Shown here one piece after another: positions 61,601 through 64,000 of a DNA stretch of 64,000 bases. Both the position numbers and the translations under genes were made by a program. The stretch is taken from positions 43,070-107,069 of the IMG/VR virus record IMGVR_UViG_3300035698_031273; one strand, given 5' to 3'. Every line of letters begins with the position of its first letter. Position 1 is the stretch's first letter. Under the pieces are notes generated by a model. That model made no database searches, had not been told where the DNA came from, and saw nothing but the letters and a program-made list of their open reading frames with translations. Origin of the DNA: a virus.

Positions 61601-62646
61601 TTAAAACTTGCATTGAGGTCAGCATTAACTTGATAACTACATTGTTTACATTTAAACCTGCTTTGACTAATTCTATTGGATCTAGCAATATGACCGCAAC
61701 GACTACAACCTCTACTGGTATATCTAGCATCAACATAGTCAACAAGAATACCTCTATCAGCAGCTTTGTACGTAAGAAATTGTTCCAATTGATAGTACGA
61801 CCAACTATTATGTTCAAATCTGTCTTTTTTTCTTCTTTTTCTAGTTGTTTTTTCTTTGATGCCTTTCAATTTTTCAAGAACAATAGTAGTTCCTTCTTCC
61901 AGTCCATCAAGAATTCTTTTAGAAACAACGTGATTAACATCACGTCTAAAACGGTTCTCTTTAATAGAAATTTTATTAAAGTGCCTTTTTCCAGAATGAC
62001 CTTTGGACTGAATCTCAGACCTCAATCTTTGATACTTACGAGAAATTTGTTTAACTTTTCCTCCACCAAAAAACCTTTTATCAGAAGTAACAGCAATCTT
62101 CTTAATACCTCTATCAATTCCAATAAACTTACCATTTGGAATAGGATCATTAGTTTCTTTTGTCATAACAATATTAAGAAAAACTTTATTATTACGAATA
62201 AAAAGATCTGCAGAACACCTTTTCCAAGAAAGATATTGTTTAAAATATTCAGGAATGTTAATTTTAACAGTTTTTCTTCCACTGATAGTAGAAAAAGAAG
62301 CTTCACTTCTATTCCACCAAATAGTAAAAGATCTGGCATCGTAACGAATACTTGTTTGTTTAGACTGAGGACAAGAAACTTTTTTATTCTTTTTAAGTTT
62401 CTTTTTAACAGATTTAAGAGCTTCTGTTGCTTTCATTCTGGCAGAAATAGCCAGTTGAGAAGGAAGGTATTTACTGGTAGTTTTATAAACTTTATGATGA
62501 AGAGAGACTCCATTAAAATCTTTATCATTCCAACCTGTTTGACAAGTGTAATTAAAAGCTTTAGTGTAAGCACTTATAGTTGGTTGAAAGATATCTGGAT
62601 TTTCTTTCAGACAAAGTTTTATAGTTTTTACAAGCTTCATATTCAT
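61501..62646 (-). CDS. tnpB: RNA-guided endonuclease TnpB
   Basis: RuvC-I GIDRGI, RuvC-II IVLEKL, zinc finger CSRCG...CKQC, RuvC-III NADLNAS; D-E-D triad intact. Start may be the ATG at 62640. Confidence 0.92.
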   Translation of the reverse strand: MNMKLVKTIKLCLKENPDIFQPTISAYTKAFNYTCQTGWNDKDFNGVSLHHKVYKTTSKYLPSQLAISARMKATEALKSVKKKLKKNKKVSCPQSKQTSIRYDARSFTIWWNRSEASFSTISGRKTVKINIPEYFKQYLSWKRCSADLFIRNNKVFLNIVMTKETNDPIPNGKFIGIDRGIKKIAVTSDKRFFGGGKVKQISRKYQRLRSEIQSKGHSGKRHFNKISIKENRFRRDVNHVVSKRILDGLEEGTTIVLEKLKGIKEKTTRKRRKKDRFEHNSWSYYQLEQFLTYKAADRGILVDYVDARYTSRGCSRCGHIARSNRISQSRFKCKQCSYQVNADLNASFNIVLNYQDTIRSPGRAVVNQPIAPVLVEQAHIL

Positions 62647-62675
62647 ATATTCGACATAAATTTGTTAAATCCTTT
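62647..62675 (-). promoter_or_regulatory. Sigma-H-type promoter upstream of tnpB
   Basis: Minus strand AAAGGATTT-N11-GTCGAATAT matches the B. subtilis sigma-H consensus RNAGGAWWW-N11/12-RNNGAATWW. Confidence 0.55.
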
Positions 62676-62760
62676 AATTATTTTAAAAACTTTTTTAGAA
62701 AGGAGAAATGGCAATTCCTCTCTATGCTAAAGCCACAGAGTTTCCTTGCCATAATATATT

Positions 62761-63018
62761 ATGATATATGAATATGAGCATCCTGTTACAGGAGAAATAT
62801 TTGAGGTTATTAGGTCTGTAAAAGATCGTAATAAAAAATTTCGTGCTAAAGATGGTGTACTATGTAAAAGATTGGAAATTTCAACAAACTTTTCTGGGGG
62901 GAAAGGTAATAAGGAAGTATTCGAAGCTGACTCTGATTATTGCAGGAGAATGAAACCTAAATATGTTAAATTTCAAGATGGGCATCGCGAAATTTATGAC
63001 CCTACGAAACATAATTAA
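62761..63018 (+). CDS. FmdB-like zinc-ribbon protein lacking most cysteines
   Basis: MIYEYEHPVTGEIFEV...AKDG..CKRLEIS follows the MPxYEYxCxxCGxxFE...CPxCG...R.iS pattern. Confidence 0.5.
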   Translation: MIYEYEHPVTGEIFEVIRSVKDRNKKFRAKDGVLCKRLEISTNFSGGKGNKEVFEADSDYCRRMKPKYVKFQDGHREIYDPTKHN

Positions 63019-63053
63019 TATTTTTAAAGATATAATATTAAAGATGAGAAACA

Positions 63054-63446
63054 TTGCTGATGAGATATATTAAAAAAGAACATATAATAACAACAATATG
63101 TGATGATAATATTGAAGATTTAACAATAGTCCGGTCTATAATTGAGACTATACACCAATACAAATCTTACTGTTCTTTAACTCTACGAGAAAAAACAAGC
63201 GAATATGAATGTTCTAAGTTGTTTTATTCTGATTGTTTAGTTTATCCTGTAGATGATAATTATTTTTATGTTATGACAAAAAAATCCGGATCATTTGTAA
63301 AGAAAACAAATATTTCTTATTCAGATATTGTTGAATTGGAATATTTAGCGAAAGAAGAAAAAGATATTAAAGTTAGTTTTGTAGATAGTACAAATTATAG
63401 AGTCATAGATATTCCTGAAAAAGGGTTGAAGAATGGGAAAATTTGA
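63054..63446 (+). CDS. Hypothetical protein
   Basis: 130-aa ORF overlapping the dnaE start. Confidence 0.5.
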   Translation: MLMRYIKKEHIITTICDDNIEDLTIVRSIIETIHQYKSYCSLTLREKTSEYECSKLFYSDCLVYPVDDNYFYVMTKKSGSFVKKTNISYSDIVELEYLAKEEKDIKVSFVDSTNYRVIDIPEKGLKNGKI

Positions 63447-64000
63447 AAATAAAGATTTTGTTCACCTGCATTGTCACTCTTTCTATTCCAAATTTGATGG
63501 GCTAGCTAATTTAAATGAGTTGGTTATGGAAGCTAGGAAGATGGGTTTTCCTGCTTTGGCATTAACTGACCATGGTAATATAATGGGGTTGATTAAGTTT
63601 ATTGAGGCATGCACATCTACAAAGAATAAAAAAGATGAGCCTATTCCTTATAACACAATTAAACCTATTTTGGGAGCGGAATTTTATCTGTCCAGGAAAA
63701 TGGAAATTGGTCAATATGACAAGAAATCTCATAAACAAGGAAAACCTAAAAAAAGTCAACCAGACGGGAGAAAAGGCAATAGGCATCTTAATCTATATGC
63801 TATGAACTGGGAAGGATATCAGAATCTTTGTACCCTATCACAAAGATCTTGGACAGATGGGTTTTATTTTGATCCTCGTATTGATTTAAATTTATTGGAG
63901 AAATATTCAAAAGGATTAATGTGTGGTAGTGCATGTCTTTCATCTGTAATTAATTTTAATTTATATATTGGACGGTATGATAAGGCTAAGAAAGCATGTA
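63433..64000 (+). CDS. dnaE: DNA polymerase III alpha subunit, N-terminal PHP domain (runs off the window; not in ORF track)
   Basis: Manual translation: MGKFENKDFVHLHCHSFYSKFDGLA...ALALTDHGNIMG...IKPILGAEFY...HLNLYAMNWEGYQNL...GFYFDPRID...GLMCGSACL. Confidence 0.93.
   Translation, partial: MGKFENKDFVHLHCHSFYSKFDGLANLNELVMEARKMGFPALALTDHGNIMGLIKFIEACTSTKNKKDEPIPYNTIKPILGAEFYLSRKMEIGQYDKKSHKQGKPKKSQPDGRKGNRHLNLYAMNWEGYQNLCTLSQRSWTDGFYFDPRIDLNLLEKYSKGLMCGSACLSSVINFNLYIGRYDKAKKAC

Larger units (their letters stand above)
61486..62750 (-). mobile_element. Non-autonomous IS200/IS605-family (IS1341-like, tnpB-only) element
   Basis: tnpB is flanked by subterminal hairpins sharing a GCTAAAG core: CCACAgctaaagtaTGTGG (61495-61513) and ATGGCAA...TTGCCAT (62708-62752). 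The right end reads ...GGATAATTGAC on the minus strand. No tnpA. Exact left end is uncertain. Confidence 0.75.

Noticed and set aside
61630-62730. 366-aa + strand ORF antisense to tnpB
   Set aside because: It mirrors tnpB, has Phe/Ser/Asn-biased sequence with no motifs, and tnpB has all catalytic motifs. Most likely a shadow ORF.
1687-63805. Many 60-120-aa nested or antisense ORFs in the ORF track
   Set aside because: They lie within longer motif-bearing genes (including 63562-63805 inside dnaE) and show no coding signatures.

Overview
AT-rich (roughly 30% GC by eye), densely coded segment that looks like part of a large/jumbo bacteriophage genome. Nearly all genes lie on the + strand. Bases 1-44.3 kb form a virion (tail/baseplate/adhesin) module of very large, acidic beta-rich proteins (LamG, FN3, Ig-like, InlB-B-like, FG-GAP, Kelch, WxDxR propellers, vWA), with one GT4 glycosyltransferase embedded. 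Bases 44.3-47 kb hold three more glycosyltransferases. Bases 49-64 kb form a replication/host-takeover block: SF2 helicase, IF-3, Ycf46-like AAA+ ATPase, DnaC-like loader, DnaB, stand-alone primase zinc-binding domain, Trp-repeat proteins, a zincin, a TnpB-only IS200/IS605 element, and the 5' end of dnaE (absent from the ORF track). The standout is a 'fractured' Ycf46-like AAA+ gene: its halves carry a split intein (IntN 125 aa, IntC about 38 aa) and are separated by a free-standing zinc-finger/HNH endonuclease gene, so the ATPase must be rebuilt by protein trans-splicing just before Walker B. Also notable: a vWA/MIDAS domain apparently split across two adjacent giant virion genes, an unnamed ~90-aa domain repeated across three virion proteins, and a sigma-H-type promoter that would make a leaderless tnpB mRNA. 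No tRNA, rRNA or CRISPR array was seen. All family assignments are by motif recognition, not database search.
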